DNA from: an uncultured Nitrospiraceae bacterium
GTDB taxonomy: Bacteria; Nitrospirota; Thermodesulfovibrionia; Thermodesulfovibrionales; UBA6898
Assembly: GCA_963811165.1 (NCBI GenBank)
Contig: CAWEQH010000001.1
Location: 1-64,000, forward strand
DNA length: 64,000 bases
Direction of reading: 5' to 3'
A program made the position numbers and the translations under genes. Every line of letters begins with the position of its first letter. Within the stretch, counting starts at the first letter, position 1. Positions 16,933 through 27,739 of this stretch are shown here, in pieces. The notes under the pieces are model-generated. The model saw only the letters and a list, made by a program, of their open reading frames with translations. It was not told the DNA's origin and ran no database searches.

Positions 16933-18495
16933 TTATTCGGGCTGTTTTGATACTTTTTTGTTGACGAAGAACTGCTGCGTGATGCTGAGGATGTTGTTTG
17001 TGAGCCAGTAAAGGACAAGTCCCGACGCAAAGTTAAGGAACATGAATGTGAATACGATCGGCATAAGCATCATCATCTTGGCCTGCCTCGGGTCACCGGC
17101 CGTCGGTGTCATTTTCTGCTGGATCACCATGGTAATTCCCATCACAATAGGCAGCGGACCAACAGCCGAGCCGGCAAGGACAGGCAGCCAATGGGGCAAA
17201 TGACCGAAAAGCGTATCAGGCCCTGAGAGGTCCGTTATCCAGAGCATAAAAGGGGCGCCGCGAAGCTCAAGCGCGATGAGGAGGACTTTATATAGGGCAA
17301 AAAACACGGGAATTTGAAGAAGCATCGGCAGACACCCGCTCATTGGGTTGACCTTGTATTTTTTGTAGAGTTCCATCATCTCGGCCTGCATCTTCTGCGG
17401 GTCCTTTTTGTATTTTTCCTTGATCTCATTCATCTTCGGCTGAAGCTGCTGGAGTTTCTTCATTGATTTCTGTCCCTTGTTCAGGATTGGGATGAAGGGT
17501 ATCCTCACCACAATAGTAAGAAGGACTATGGACCAGCCGTAATTGCCAAGGAAACTATAAAAAAACTTCAGTACCCAGAAAAGGGGCCTGGCGATAATGG
17601 AAAAGAAGCCGAAATCGATTATATGCTCGAGCCCGAGGTTGAGCTTTTCAAGGTTGTCATGGTCTTTCGGCCCTGCATAGATGACGAACTTGTTCTCGCC
17701 GGGCATGCCTTTAAAGGCGATGACAGGCGTATGTTCATATGTCCATGCCCGCGCCTCTTGCACCTTGCCGGCAGGGACGATCGCGGCAAAGAAGTATTTG
17801 TCCTCCTGGGCTATCCATCTAAGGTCGTCCTTAAAGGTTTTGGGCTCGCTGAGTTTTCCGGGCTTCAATTCCTCAAGCGTGGCGCCCTTAAGAAGGGCAG
17901 GCCCTACATGTGTATACCCGGCCGCATTATCGAAGATCCCGAAGCCGGAGCCTAAGGTTATCCAGTATTCAGGCAGGCCGGCAGTCTCGTCAGTGAGATC
18001 AACTTTATAGCTGCCGTTGTAAAACGTGTATGTCCTCCTGATCGAGATATCGTCTTTGGTATATTCAAAGATAATCGAACCGGTTTTCTTATTTTCATCG
18101 AGTTTGAGGTCGCCCCCCGAAACCCCGAAGTTTATGCGGGCAAGATCGAAGTTCGTGTTTGAGCCGATTCCGAGCGCCGGCATGGGTCCGGGCTTTGAGA
18201 GAAGAATGACGTCCTTACCTATCTTGTCTTTATACTTCTTGACCTCCCAGTACTTGACCGTGCCGCCCACTGATGAAAAGATTGCGGTATAAAGGTCGCT
18301 ATCGACCCTTATCTCCTTTTCCTCTGCCGGAGGCGTTTCCGGGACCAGAGGGGCAACGGCCTTGGCGGCCTCTTCCTTTTTTTCTATGGGAGGCTTTCCC
18401 TGGGGCACCGGCGGCTCCTGTTTCGCCAAGAAATACTGCGACGCAACCAGCACAAAGACCGACAGTATAATTGCGATAAGAGTTCTATTTTCCAT
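16933..18495 (-). CDS. yidC: Membrane protein insertase YidC
   Basis: 'GNYGWSIVLLT', 'VNPMSGCLP..LQIPVF', 'GLVLYW'; conserved cluster. Confidence 0.96.
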   Translation of the reverse strand: MENRTLIAIILSVFVLVASQYFLAKQEPPVPQGKPPIEKKEEAAKAVAPLVPETPPAEEKEIRVDSDLYTAIFSSVGGTVKYWEVKKYKDKIGKDVILLSKPGPMPALGIGSNTNFDLARINFGVSGGDLKLDENKKTGSIIFEYTKDDISIRRTYTFYNGSYKVDLTDETAGLPEYWITLGSGFGIFDNAAGYTHVGPALLKGATLEELKPGKLSEPKTFKDDLRWIAQEDKYFFAAIVPAGKVQEARAWTYEHTPVIAFKGMPGENKFVIYAGPKDHDNLEKLNLGLEHIIDFGFFSIIARPLFWVLKFFYSFLGNYGWSIVLLTIVVRIPFIPILNKGQKSMKKLQQLQPKMNEIKEKYKKDPQKMQAEMMELYKKYKVNPMSGCLPMLLQIPVFFALYKVLLIALELRGAPFMLWITDLSGPDTLFGHLPHWLPVLAGSAVGPLPIVMGITMVIQQKMTPTAGDPRQAKMMMLMPIVFTFMFLNFASGLVLYWLTNNILSITQQFFVNKKVSKQPE

Positions 18496-18497
18496 AT

Positions 18498-18707
18498 TTA
18501 TTTTACCGGATCAAACCCGCCGGGGTTGAATGGATTGCACCTTGCCACCCTCCTGATCGAAAGGTAACACCCCTTCAGCGCCCCATATTTCTTGAGCGCC
18601 TCGATCGAATATTCGGAACAGGAAGGAATAAACCTGCAGCTTCCGGGCAGGATGGGGGAGATAAGATATTTATATAACCTCACTATTGCTATCAGTAGTA
18701 CCTTCAT
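18498..18707 (-). CDS. yidD: Membrane protein insertion efficiency factor YidD
   Basis: '[16 protein letters not shown]...[13 protein letters not shown]'. Confidence 0.93.
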   Translation of the reverse strand: MKVLLIAIVRLYKYLISPILPGSCRFIPSCSEYSIEALKKYGALKGCYLSIRRVARCNPFNPGGFDPVK

Positions 18708-19033
18708 TCGAAAGTCCGGCAAATATTTTGGATACAACCCCGTCAAGATCAGCGAATTCCGCGTCAGCGGCTACTGCCCTTGCGACGATCACGATGTCAT
18801 ACTTAAGCGACGTCTCGGCCAGCCGCCTTCTTACGGACTCCCGCAGGCGACGTTTAATTCTGTTACGCGTCACTGCGTTACCGGTTTTTTTGCTGACGGC
18901 AAGTCCGAGCCTGCTGAGATCCAGCCGGCCCGGCAATGCATAAATCACGAGGTACTTGGAGGAAAATCTGCGCCCGGTCTCAAAGACCCGTTTAAAATCC
19001 CCTTTTTTGATGAGGGGATAGAAAAATTTCTTT
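18670..19033 (-). CDS. rnpA: Ribonuclease P protein component (start codon unclear)
   Basis: '[25 protein letters not shown]'; conserved N-terminal '[14 protein letters not shown]' lies in frame upstream of the first GTG (18948). Confidence 0.88.
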
Positions 19034-19037
19034 CCCT

Positions 19038-19178
19038 TTAAACAGCCAGCCTTTTCCGTCCCTTTTTTCTTCTCCTCTTGATTACCGCACGCCCGCCCGG
19101 AGTACTCATCCTTTCAAGGAACCCGTGAGTCCTTCTCTTCTTAACCTTATGTGGGTGGAATGTTGTATACGTTCCCAT
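19038..19178 (-). CDS. rpmH: 50S ribosomal protein L34
   Basis: Translated by hand: [46 protein letters not shown] (below the ORF-track cutoff). Confidence 0.95.
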   Translation of the reverse strand: MGTYTTFHPHKVKKRRTHGFLERMSTPGGRAVIKRRRKKGRKRLAV

Positions 19179-19197
19179 AGTTTTAACCTGAGCAAGA

Positions 19198-19227
19198 ATT
19201 ATAATATCATAAAAAGATTAATGTCAA
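19198..19227 (-). promoter_or_regulatory. Sigma70 promoter of the rpmH operon
   Basis: Minus strand TTGACA-N18-TATAAT, 20 nt upstream of the rpmH ATG. Confidence 0.65.
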
Positions 19228-19280
19228 GCAGACCGCGGACCGAAGGACCCTTAGACAGCCTGAAACCGGCTGAGATCCTA

Positions 19281-19709
19281 TTAAAAACTATGGATCAAGT
19301 ATATCATCAGGAATATCGCAACGCCAAAAACAGACAGCATAAGAAGCGCATCGAGTATCATTGAAGGCCGGTAGCTGTCTTCATCAATCTGCCTTTCGAC
19401 CTTTTTGTACCGGATGAATGCAAGCAGCACCATCAGCGCGCCGAGTCCCACAAGAAATATCCCGAGAACCGAGGAATAACCCGGGGAAGGGGGCACAGAC
19501 GGAATTTTTTCGCCGGCAGAAAGATGCCCGGATGTGGCGAGAAAATAGGAAACCTGCTTGACGAACAGTCCGAACTTCTCAACGACGAACCCGAAGGCCA
19601 TTATCCCTATGCTCGTCCTTATCCAGGCAAGGAAGGTCCGTTCGTTGGCAAAATGGACTCTCCTGTTTCTGACCCTCACGGGCCGCTTGTCTTCAGTATT
19701 TTCCGGCAT
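19281..19709 (-). CDS. DUF202/YidH-family membrane protein
   Basis: 'HFANERTFLAWIRTS' signature; three hydrophobic segments. Confidence 0.9.
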   Translation of the reverse strand: MPENTEDKRPVRVRNRRVHFANERTFLAWIRTSIGIMAFGFVVEKFGLFVKQVSYFLATSGHLSAGEKIPSVPPSPGYSSVLGIFLVGLGALMVLLAFIRYKKVERQIDEDSYRPSMILDALLMLSVFGVAIFLMIYLIHSF

Positions 19710-19776
19710 ATCTATTTTTGCCGATCCATTGCGTTTGGAAATTCATTGCGTCACCCTTTCTTAAAAGAGTATCGCA

Positions 19777-20616
19777 TCAGGAGGAAATAAACAAAGACTT
19801 CTTTGAGCTCTTTATTATCCCTTGCCCCTCTGCCCTCCTGAAAAGCTCTTCGACCGCCCGCTGCCCGGTCTCGCCTATGTCGAGTGAGTAGTGGTTCACA
19901 TAGAGGTTGATATGCTGGTTGATGACCTCATCTTCGAGCTCCTGGGCGTGTTGCTTTATATAGGAAACGGACTCTTCCCCATGCGCAAAGGCATATTCGA
20001 TGCTTCTTCTGAGATAGCCGTCTACCTCCGTAATCAGTTCCGGGCCAAGTTCCCGCTTGGCAAAAATACCGCCCAGTGGAATAGGATGTCCTGTTTCTCT
20101 CTCCCACCAGTCGCCCAGATCAATCACTTTCTTGAGACCTTCCCTTTGGAAGGTGAAGCGGCTTTCATGGATAATAAGCCCTGCATCCACCTGCCCGCAT
20201 TTTACCGCATCGATTATTTCGTTGAAGGCCATGATCTTCACCTTTCTCTTGAGCTCAGGATCAAAGATCTGCAGAAGAAGAAAGGCTGTAGTAAGTTCCC
20301 CGGGGATGGCAATCGTCTTACCCCTGAGGGCATGCATAGCCGTTTCTTCGCGGGCGACCACAAGCGGTCCGCACCCCTTGCCGAGGGCTCCGCCGGAGCG
20401 CAGCAAGCAATAATCATCCCTGAGATGTCCAAAGGCATGGAAGGACGCCTTTGTGATATCAAGACGCGACTCTCTTGCCATCTGGTTCAACGTTTCAACA
20501 TCTTCGAGGATTTCGCGGAATGTCAGACCGTGTGTGTCGACCTTGCCGTGAACAAGCGGGAAAAAGATGAAGGTATCGTTGGGACATGGCGAATAGCCCA
20601 GCGAAAGGGGTTCCAT
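19777..20616 (-). CDS. mqnD: 1,4-dihydroxy-6-naphthoate synthase (futalosine pathway)
   Basis: 'LGYSPCPNDTFIF', 'GGALGKGCGP', 'IIHESRF', 'HINLYVN'. Confidence 0.93.
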   Translation of the reverse strand: MEPLSLGYSPCPNDTFIFFPLVHGKVDTHGLTFREILEDVETLNQMARESRLDITKASFHAFGHLRDDYCLLRSGGALGKGCGPLVVAREETAMHALRGKTIAIPGELTTAFLLLQIFDPELKRKVKIMAFNEIIDAVKCGQVDAGLIIHESRFTFQREGLKKVIDLGDWWERETGHPIPLGGIFAKRELGPELITEVDGYLRRSIEYAFAHGEESVSYIKQHAQELEDEVINQHINLYVNHYSLDIGETGQRAVEELFRRAEGQGIIKSSKKSLFISS

Positions 20617-20619
20617 AAT

Positions 20620-20820
20620 TTATCTTGTCGCCTTGGCAAAAAGCTCTTCCAGTTCCATCACCTCGCACATACGGATGCAGGTCATGCATTCGCTTTGTTC
20701 AACAGACCCGTCTTCCCAAGAGGTCGTCCTCACGGATACACAGCCGCAGACCGGACAGGAATTCCAGAAAAACTCGCCCAATCCCTTAACCACGCTGTAT
20801 ATATAGATCGAGTCCTTCAT
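20620..20820 (-). CDS. Small Zn-ribbon-like hypothetical protein
   Basis: CPVC...CMTC; tightly packed between mqnB and mqnD. Confidence 0.55.
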   Translation of the reverse strand: MKDSIYIYSVVKGLGEFFWNSCPVCGCVSVRTTSWEDGSVEQSECMTCIRMCEVMELEELFAKATR

Positions 20821-20907
20821 GGTGTCTGTTCTTCCTAATGTTATATCGACCAATTTAGTTTATTATATACGAAATAAATAAAGCATACCATGTAAAAATA
20901 AGGCCCA

Positions 20908-21642
20908 TCAGGGCTTAAGCGCGCATACGAACTCCATTACGGTTTCCTGACAGTGAATAGATGCCGGACGGACCTCCCATTTCGAAGTGTCCCTCTGCTG
21001 GGCTATGTTACTTATGCCCCTGACCTCAACAAAGGGAATACCGTAGATAAGACAGTTATGTGCGACCGCCGCTCCCTCCATGTTTTCACATATAGCGCCA
21101 AATCTTTTCGAGAGTTCCTCGGCCCTTTCCCTTGTTCCCGTGCAGGTCGATACCGTGGCAAATATTCCTTCCCGGGCCCTGAATCCGCCAACCCTCGCCG
21201 CTTCCATCATTTGACCGCTTAATCCCGCATCGACGGGAAACTCATTGAAATACCTGCGACGTCCCGTCTTAAAAAGAGGAATATCAATCAGCTGAAGGGT
21301 GCGAAAACCGCCCTTCAGCAAAACGCCCTCGTCCGCATATACCTCTTTGGAGGCCACTGCGATGTCACCCAATTTGAGTCCTAAAGAAGGATAGGCGCCG
21401 CCGATGCCGAAGTTCACAACGAGGGAAGGAGAAAAATTCTGGATAAGAACTGTTGCCGCATGCGCTGCGTTTGTCTTTCCTATGCCCGAAACGACGCTGA
21501 CAGTTTCAAACCGTCCGAGCCTTCCGGTGTGCCAAGTGAGGCCTCCGGGGCTTTTTTCCCTGGCGCCCTTCAGGCTCCGGGCTATTATGTCCACTTCGAG
21601 CGGGACCGCTACAATCATTCCCAGGGTCTTATTTTTTTTCAT
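20908..21642 (-). CDS. mqnB: Futalosine hydrolase (MTA/SAH nucleosidase family)
   Basis: 'SGIGKTNAA', 'GIGGAY', 'TVSTCTGT', 'ENMEGAA', 'RGISN'; near mqnD. Confidence 0.88.
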   Translation of the reverse strand: MKKNKTLGMIVAVPLEVDIIARSLKGAREKSPGGLTWHTGRLGRFETVSVVSGIGKTNAAHAATVLIQNFSPSLVVNFGIGGAYPSLGLKLGDIAVASKEVYADEGVLLKGGFRTLQLIDIPLFKTGRRRYFNEFPVDAGLSGQMMEAARVGGFRAREGIFATVSTCTGTRERAEELSKRFGAICENMEGAAVAHNCLIYGIPFVEVRGISNIAQQRDTSKWEVRPASIHCQETVMEFVCALKP

Positions 21643-21868
21643 GGCAGCAGTGCTCTCGGTGAGTGTAACACAAGCGGCCCCGCTGTTCAACCTTCGAGAC
21701 ATACCCCGCAATTTTCGAGATATGGCCTTGACAAAGGTATTTCTTTTTTTGTAATTTAGGGTAAACTAGATACAGAGTTCTTCTTAAACAACAAATCCCG
21801 CCTGGATAGGAATAGACCTTCCGGGAAATTTGAACCCAAAAAAGTAAAACCCAGTGAGGAGCATAGTA

Positions 21869-23128
21869 ATGGGCAATATCTCGATTTCCGAATTAAAAGA
21901 AAAGACTATCGATGAACTTACCGACGTAGCCAAAGAACTGAAGGTCGAAGGCGCTGCAGGACTGCGCAAACAGGATTTGATCTTCGCGATCCTCCAGGCC
22001 CAGGCCGAAAAGACGGGTAATGTCTTTTCAGCCGGGGTCCTCGAGATACTTCCGGACGGATTCGGCTTCCTCCGCTCTCCCGACTACAGCTATCTCCCGG
22101 GACCGGACGATATATACGTATCGCCGTCGCAGATACGGCGGTTCAATCTAAGGACCGGCGACCTTGTGTCCGGGCAGATAAGGCCGCCGAAGGAGAGCGA
22201 GAGATATTTTGCCCTGCTTAAAGTCGAGGCGATCAATCATGAGTCGCCCGAGGAAAACGTAAAAAGGCCACTCTTCGATAACCTCATTCCCTACTATCCG
22301 ACCGAAAGACTCAAGCTCGAATATGACACCACGGATTTTTCGACTAGAGTAATGGAACTGATCACCCCTGTCGGAATGGGGCAGAGGGGCATGATCGTGG
22401 CTGCTCCGCGTACCGGAAAGACTATGCTCCTTCAGTCGATTGCCAAAGGGATAAAGAAAAATCACCGGGACGTGCACCTTATTATCCTTCTTATCGATGA
22501 GCGACCTGAAGAAGTGACCGACTGGAAGCGCCAGGTTGCCGCGGCGGAGATAATAAGCTCGACCTTTGATGAGCCTCCCCAGAGACACTGTCAGGTCTCG
22601 GAGATGGTCATCGAAAGGGCAAAGCGCCTCGTAGAAAGCAGGAAAAACGTGGTCATCCTCCTTGACAGCATCACCAGACTTGCAAGGGCGTATAACGCAA
22701 TCATGCCTACGAGCGGGAAAGTCCTCTCAGGCGGTCTCGATTCGAATGCGCTCCAAAAACCCAAGAGGTTTTTCGGAGCGGCAAGGAATATCGAAACCGG
22801 CGGCAGTCTGACGATCATGGCGACTGCGCTGGTCGACACGGGAAGCAGAATGGATGATGTGATATTCGAGGAATTCAAGGGCACCGGCAACATGGAGCTC
22901 CACCTCGACAGGAAGCTCGTAGACAAGAGGATATTCCCCTCTATCGATATCAACGGCTCGGGTACGAGAAAAGAAGAACTCCTTGTAGACAAGGATGTGC
23001 TGAACAAGATGTGGATATTGCGGAAGGTCCTTAACCCTCTGAACACTGTCGAGAGCATGGAATTTCTCATGGGCAAGCTTGGGGGAACAAAGAGCAACAA
23101 AGACTTTCTTGACCTAATGAACAAATGA
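21869..23128 (+). CDS. rho: Transcription termination factor Rho
   Basis: 'DGFGFLRS', '[12 protein letters not shown]', 'APRTGKT', '[10 protein letters not shown]', 'EFKGTGN'. Confidence 0.98.
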   Translation: MGNISISELKEKTIDELTDVAKELKVEGAAGLRKQDLIFAILQAQAEKTGNVFSAGVLEILPDGFGFLRSPDYSYLPGPDDIYVSPSQIRRFNLRTGDLVSGQIRPPKESERYFALLKVEAINHESPEENVKRPLFDNLIPYYPTERLKLEYDTTDFSTRVMELITPVGMGQRGMIVAAPRTGKTMLLQSIAKGIKKNHRDVHLIILLIDERPEEVTDWKRQVAAAEIISSTFDEPPQRHCQVSEMVIERAKRLVESRKNVVILLDSITRLARAYNAIMPTSGKVLSGGLDSNALQKPKRFFGAARNIETGGSLTIMATALVDTGSRMDDVIFEEFKGTGNMELHLDRKLVDKRIFPSIDINGSGTRKEELLVDKDVLNKMWILRKVLNPLNTVESMEFLMGKLGGTKSNKDFLDLMNK

Positions 23129-23131
23129 TGA

Positions 23132-23434
23132 ATGGAAGACCGAAGAAGGGCTAAGAAATTTCTCTTATTCGGGGCTATCCTTGGCGCGCTTTCAAGTCTT
23201 TTGATCTCAATCCTCATGGACCTGCAATTCGCCGATGCGCTTCAGGGGACATGGCGCGATGCAATTGCGAAGGATTTAAACACCTTCCTGTCTTTGGGGG
23301 TGAACGCCCATAGCGTTATCGTATACATAGTATTTCTTTTTGTCCTCGGAATACTGATGGCCTTCGGGGCCTTTATGGGTTTCATATTTTCTTTTTTCCT
23401 ATACAAATTCTTCAGTTTCCTAAACAGCAATTAA
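23132..23434 (+). CDS. Hypothetical membrane protein (2 TM)
   Basis: Two hydrophobic segments; abuts rho. Confidence 0.65.
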   Translation: MEDRRRAKKFLLFGAILGALSSLLISILMDLQFADALQGTWRDAIAKDLNTFLSLGVNAHSVIVYIVFLFVLGILMAFGAFMGFIFSFFLYKFFSFLNSN

Positions 23435-23537
23435 ACCGGATGAAGCCGGAGCATTCCAACGTTTCAAAGACAATTCTCATAGTGGTATAATTACACCTAT
23501 TTCTGACGAGGCGAAGGTAAGAACGGAACTATAAGCA

Positions 23538-24428
23538 ATGCCAAAGAAAAAATCTCTCTCTTCATTTTGCGTGAGTTTTATCGAGGAAAACCAGAAGGCG
23601 ATCGTATTGCTCCTTCTGATGCTTACGGTTATGGGGGGGATCGTCGGCTTCAGGTATTACAAGTATACAAAAGAAGACCCGGAGTTTTGCAAAAAGTGCC
23701 ACATGATGCAGGAGGCGTTTAGGACCTGGCAGCAGAGCAAACACCGGGATTTTCCCTGCCAGAAATGTCATCGGATAAGCATGCTCGAGCAAAACAAGAT
23801 GCTGATTTCCTATGTCGTAAAAGGGGCCGGGACGACTACGAAGCAGACCCACGGCCGAATCTCGCCATGGAACGCCTGCAAAGACTGTCATCTTTCCGAG
23901 GTCTCTCAGGGGTCCGTCACTTTAAGCAATTCCTACGGCCATGCCCGGCATGTATTCATGCAGCACATCGGCTGCAGTAATTGCCACACCGGCAGCAGTC
24001 ATACCTTTGCGCCTAATGAACAGGCTTGTTCGGGCTGCCATAAAGACAAGGTCATCCACGGCATGGGCATGGCTGGACTTTCCTGCCTAAAATGTCACAG
24101 TTACAGCGAGAAAGCCCCTAAGATGATTAACATAAACAAGTGCCTCACCTGCCATAAAGACATACCTTCGAAGGGGCCCATGTCATCCCTTAAATGTTTC
24201 GATTGCCATCAACCTCATGGAAAGATAAGACCTTCGAGCCAGGATTGCCTGAAGACCTGCCACGGCAGCGAGACGCGGGTAGGACAGCATAACCTGCATC
24301 TGACAAAGGCAAAACTGGAATGTCTGGACTGCCACAAGGCCCATACCTGGGTCATCGGAAAAAAAGAGGCCCAGAAACTCTGTCATCGGTGCCATGCGCT
24401 GAAAGACCCCGCGACGTTTATCTACTAG
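23538..24428 (+). CDS. Membrane-anchored multiheme cytochrome c (10 CxxCH + 1 CxxxCH), NapC/NirT-like N-terminus
   Basis: N-terminal TM; 'PEFCKKCH-M...W..SKH...CQKCH'; motifs counted in the translation. Confidence 0.88.
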   Translation: MPKKKSLSSFCVSFIEENQKAIVLLLLMLTVMGGIVGFRYYKYTKEDPEFCKKCHMMQEAFRTWQQSKHRDFPCQKCHRISMLEQNKMLISYVVKGAGTTTKQTHGRISPWNACKDCHLSEVSQGSVTLSNSYGHARHVFMQHIGCSNCHTGSSHTFAPNEQACSGCHKDKVIHGMGMAGLSCLKCHSYSEKAPKMININKCLTCHKDIPSKGPMSSLKCFDCHQPHGKIRPSSQDCLKTCHGSETRVGQHNLHLTKAKLECLDCHKAHTWVIGKKEAQKLCHRCHALKDPATFIY

Positions 24429-24916
24429 ATTTGTTTTGCTGGTTCATTGATCTCATAGCTGACTTTTACTTCCAGGTCTTTCCTCAGAGAGTGGTACACC
24501 GAACAGTATTTTTCCTGCGAAAGTGCGATCACCCTTTCCATCTTTTTCGGTGTTATGTTTTCTCCCGAAATACGAATGACCATATCTATTTTCCGGTAAT
24601 ACTGGGGCGGTGTCGGGTTCCTCTGGCCCTCGATGTCCATCTTGAACTTAGAGATAACACACTTCATCTTCTGGAGAAAGGATACCGCATCGATCGCCAT
24701 ACACCCGGCGACGCTCAGCAGGAGGCTCTCGGTGGGAATGCAGCCCCATTGCGCCTGAGCATCGAATTCAATTTCATACCCGCGCTGGGTCCTCGCAACA
24801 AATATAAGGTCCTTGTCCCACGTAAGCGAACCCTTGTTCACGGGCATAATCTTGCCCTTGTACCCTTCTAATGACCCCTCCAATGATTCAATATCTTTAT
24901 CTTCCGGCTTACTCAT
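24425..24916 (-). CDS. OsmC/YhfA-family protein
   Basis: 'PTESLLLSVAGC', 'LSQEKYCSV'. Confidence 0.88.
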   Translation of the reverse strand: MSKPEDKDIESLEGSLEGYKGKIMPVNKGSLTWDKDLIFVARTQRGYEIEFDAQAQWGCIPTESLLLSVAGCMAIDAVSFLQKMKCVISKFKMDIEGQRNPTPPQYYRKIDMVIRISGENITPKKMERVIALSQEKYCSVYHSLRKDLEVKVSYEINEPAKQI

Positions 24917-25059
24917 CGTATCCTCCTCACATAAAATACAAAAAAGGTGCAGAAATTATAACACAGAAAGTTGTTCCGCTTGAAAAACGGGGAAGCCCAC
25001 CACAGCCTTCATGCCAAGAGGGAAGTCATCTCCAGCGCCCGAGGCTTTCTTTCCGCGCA

Positions 25060-25082
25060 AAGGGGTGGCTGACCACCCCCTT
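25060..25082. terminator. Hairpin downstream of clpB (possible terminator)
   Basis: GGGGTGG-ctga-CCACCCC just after the clpB stop. Confidence 0.4.
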
Positions 25083-25090
25083 AAGATTTT

Positions 25091-27730
25091 TTAGCGTGCC
25101 ACCTCAGCGGTCACTATCTTAGTAAAGTGGATCTGGCCGCCTTGATAATCTACTTCCACGGTATCACCCTGGGTGAACGTTCCGTCGAGGATCTTCCTGG
25201 CAAGCTCATTGAGTATCATCTTCTGAAGGACCCGCTTGAGCGGCCGCGCCCCGTAGACCGGATCGAACCCGATTGTCGCGAAATATTCTTTCGCACTCTC
25301 TGTCAGGGTGAGATCGATATTCTTCTCCCCGATATATTTCTTCATCCTGTCGACTTGAATCTCGACGATCTGTTTGAGGAGTCCCTTTGTAAGAGGGTTA
25401 AAGATTATAATCTCATCAACCCGGTTGAGAAACTCAGGCCTGAAGAATGCCTTCAGATCATTCATCACCTTTTCCCTGAAAGAAGCGTCCGTGCCATCGA
25501 CCCAGTAGGCAAAAGGGCTCTTTTCCCTTTCCGCAAGCATCTCCTGGATATGAACGCTCCCTATGTTTGAAGTCATGATTACCACGGTGTTCCTGAAGTC
25601 CACCGTCTTGCCATGGCTGTCTGTAAGCCTTCCGTCGTCGAGCATCTGGAGCAGAAGGTTGAAGACCTCGGGATGGGCCTTTTCAACCTCGTCGAAAAGG
25701 ACCACGGAGTAGGGCCGCCTCCTTACCGCCTCGGTCAGCTGCCCGCCTTCTTCATATCCCACATATCCCGGGGGCGCGCCAATAAGCCTTGAGACCGTAT
25801 GCCGCTCCTGATACTCCGACATATCGATCCTTATCAACGCATTTTCGTCATCGAACAGGAACTCCGCAAGTGCCCTCGCAAGTTCTGTTTTACCCACGCC
25901 GGTCGGACCCAAAAAGATGAAGGAACCTATAGGCCTATTGGGGTCCTGGATCCCCGCCCTTGCCCTCCGTACGGCGTTGGAGACCGCCTCTATCGCCTCG
26001 TCCTGCCCAACGACCCTCATTCTGAGCCGCTCGTCCATCCCGAGCAGCTTCTGGACCTCGCCCTCGAGCATTCTTGAAACCGGGATGCGGGTCCACTTCG
26101 ATACGACCTCTGCGATATCTTCTTCGTCGACCTCTTCCTTGAGCATCTTCCTCTTCCTCTGGACATCGAGAAGCTTTGCGTTTTGCGCTTCGAGAGATTT
26201 CTGCAGTTCGAGCAATCTGCCGTACCTCAGCTCTGCGGCCTTTGTCAGGTCTCCCTCGCGTTCGGCCTTTTCCGACTCTATCTTCGTCTTTTCAATCTCT
26301 CCCTTAAGCTCGCGGATCTTGGAGATAACGTCCTTTTCAGAGAGCCACTGGGCCCTCAACTCGTTGCGTCTCGATTGAAGTTCGGACATCTCCCGTTTCA
26401 CCTTTTCGAGGTTGTCCCCGGATTCCCTGGAGTCTTCCCTTAACATCGCCTGTCTTTCAATCTCAAGTTGCCTCAGTCTCCGCTCGATCTCATCCAGCTC
26501 TACAGGCATGCTGTCTATCTCCATCCGGAGCTTGGATGCAGCCTCATCAATCAAGTCTATCGCTTTATCAGGGAGAAATCTGTCCGTGATGTACCGGTGA
26601 GAAAGGACAGCCGCTGAAATAAGGGCCGCATCTTTAATCTTCACCCCGTGATGGACCTCGTATCTCTCCTTGAGTCCTCTCAGTATGGAGATCGTGTCTT
26701 CGACAGAGGGCTCGTTTATTAATACAGGCTGGAACCGTCTTTCGAGCGCCTTGTCCTTCTCTATATATTTTCTGTATTCGGCTACTGTCGTTGCGCCTAC
26801 ACACCTCAGGTCCCCTCTGGCCAATGCCGGCTTAAGCATGTTGGAGGCGTCTATCGCGCCTTCGGCCGCGCCCGCTCCGACCAAGGTGTGGAGCTCGTCG
26901 ATAAAGAGTATTATCTTGCCTTCCGACTCCTCTATCTCCTTGAGGACCGCCTTAAGCCTGTCTTCGAACTCTCCTCTGAATTTCGACCCCGCAATCAAAG
27001 ACCCCATGTCAAGGGACACTACCTTCTTGTCTTTGAGGGTTTCCGGCACATCGCCTGCGACAATCCTCTGCGCAAGGCCTTCCACGATGGCGGTTTTACC
27101 TACCCCTGGGTCTCCGATTAAGACAGGGTTGTTCTTTGTCCTCCTCGAAAGGACCTGGATGACCCTTCTTATTTCTTCATCTCTTCCGATAACTGGGTCG
27201 AGCTTCCCCTTCGAGGCCAACTCGGTGAGGTCTTTGCTGTACCGCTTGAGCGCCTGATACTTTTCCTCGGGGTTTTCGTCAGTGACCCTCTGTGTCCCTC
27301 TTATCTCCCTCATCGCGCTCAATATTTTTGTGGTGTCTGCGCCGTATCTCTTGAGGAGGTCCGCAGAAGGTCCTCCTTCCGAGAGGATTCCCAGCAGAAG
27401 GTGTTCGACACTAACGTATTCATCCTTAAGATGTTCGGCCTCCCGCTGTGCCCTTTCAAATATCGCCTTCAACCGCGGGGAAATATAGATCTGGCCAAGC
27501 GGGGTTGCGCCTATTATCTTGGGCATCTTGTCGATAGCCTCTTCTACCTCTTTCTGTAACGCCGCAATGTTTGTGCCTGCCCTCTTGAGTATCTGAAATG
27601 CCACTCCTTCATCGTCGTCAAGCAATACCCACATGAGATGTTCGACATCGATCTGCTGGTGGCCTTTCCTTTCGGCCAGCCGCTGAGCGTTTTGTATAGC
27701 CTCCTGGCTTTTTACAGTGAACTTATCCAT
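25091..27730 (-). CDS. clpB: Chaperone ClpB
   Basis: Two AAA+ modules ([16 protein letters not shown]), middle coiled coil, 'GARPL'. Confidence 0.97.
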   Translation of the reverse strand: MDKFTVKSQEAIQNAQRLAERKGHQQIDVEHLMWVLLDDDEGVAFQILKRAGTNIAALQKEVEEAIDKMPKIIGATPLGQIYISPRLKAIFERAQREAEHLKDEYVSVEHLLLGILSEGGPSADLLKRYGADTTKILSAMREIRGTQRVTDENPEEKYQALKRYSKDLTELASKGKLDPVIGRDEEIRRVIQVLSRRTKNNPVLIGDPGVGKTAIVEGLAQRIVAGDVPETLKDKKVVSLDMGSLIAGSKFRGEFEDRLKAVLKEIEESEGKIILFIDELHTLVGAGAAEGAIDASNMLKPALARGDLRCVGATTVAEYRKYIEKDKALERRFQPVLINEPSVEDTISILRGLKERYEVHHGVKIKDAALISAAVLSHRYITDRFLPDKAIDLIDEAASKLRMEIDSMPVELDEIERRLRQLEIERQAMLREDSRESGDNLEKVKREMSELQSRRNELRAQWLSEKDVISKIRELKGEIEKTKIESEKAEREGDLTKAAELRYGRLLELQKSLEAQNAKLLDVQRKRKMLKEEVDEEDIAEVVSKWTRIPVSRMLEGEVQKLLGMDERLRMRVVGQDEAIEAVSNAVRRARAGIQDPNRPIGSFIFLGPTGVGKTELARALAEFLFDDENALIRIDMSEYQERHTVSRLIGAPPGYVGYEEGGQLTEAVRRRPYSVVLFDEVEKAHPEVFNLLLQMLDDGRLTDSHGKTVDFRNTVVIMTSNIGSVHIQEMLAEREKSPFAYWVDGTDASFREKVMNDLKAFFRPEFLNRVDEIIIFNPLTKGLLKQIVEIQVDRMKKYIGEKNIDLTLTESAKEYFATIGFDPVYGARPLKRVLQKMILNELARKILDGTFTQGDTVEVDYQGGQIHFTKIVTAEVAR

Positions 27731-27739
27731 GATATCTCC

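Noticed and set aside
19180..19280. oriC next to rpmH
   Set aside because: No dnaA gene and no DnaA-box cluster seen; the intergenic gap is only about 100 bp.
19891..20838. 315-aa plus-strand ORF and similar long antisense ORFs across the window
   Set aside because: These are shadows of well-supported genes on the opposite strand, with no motifs of their own.
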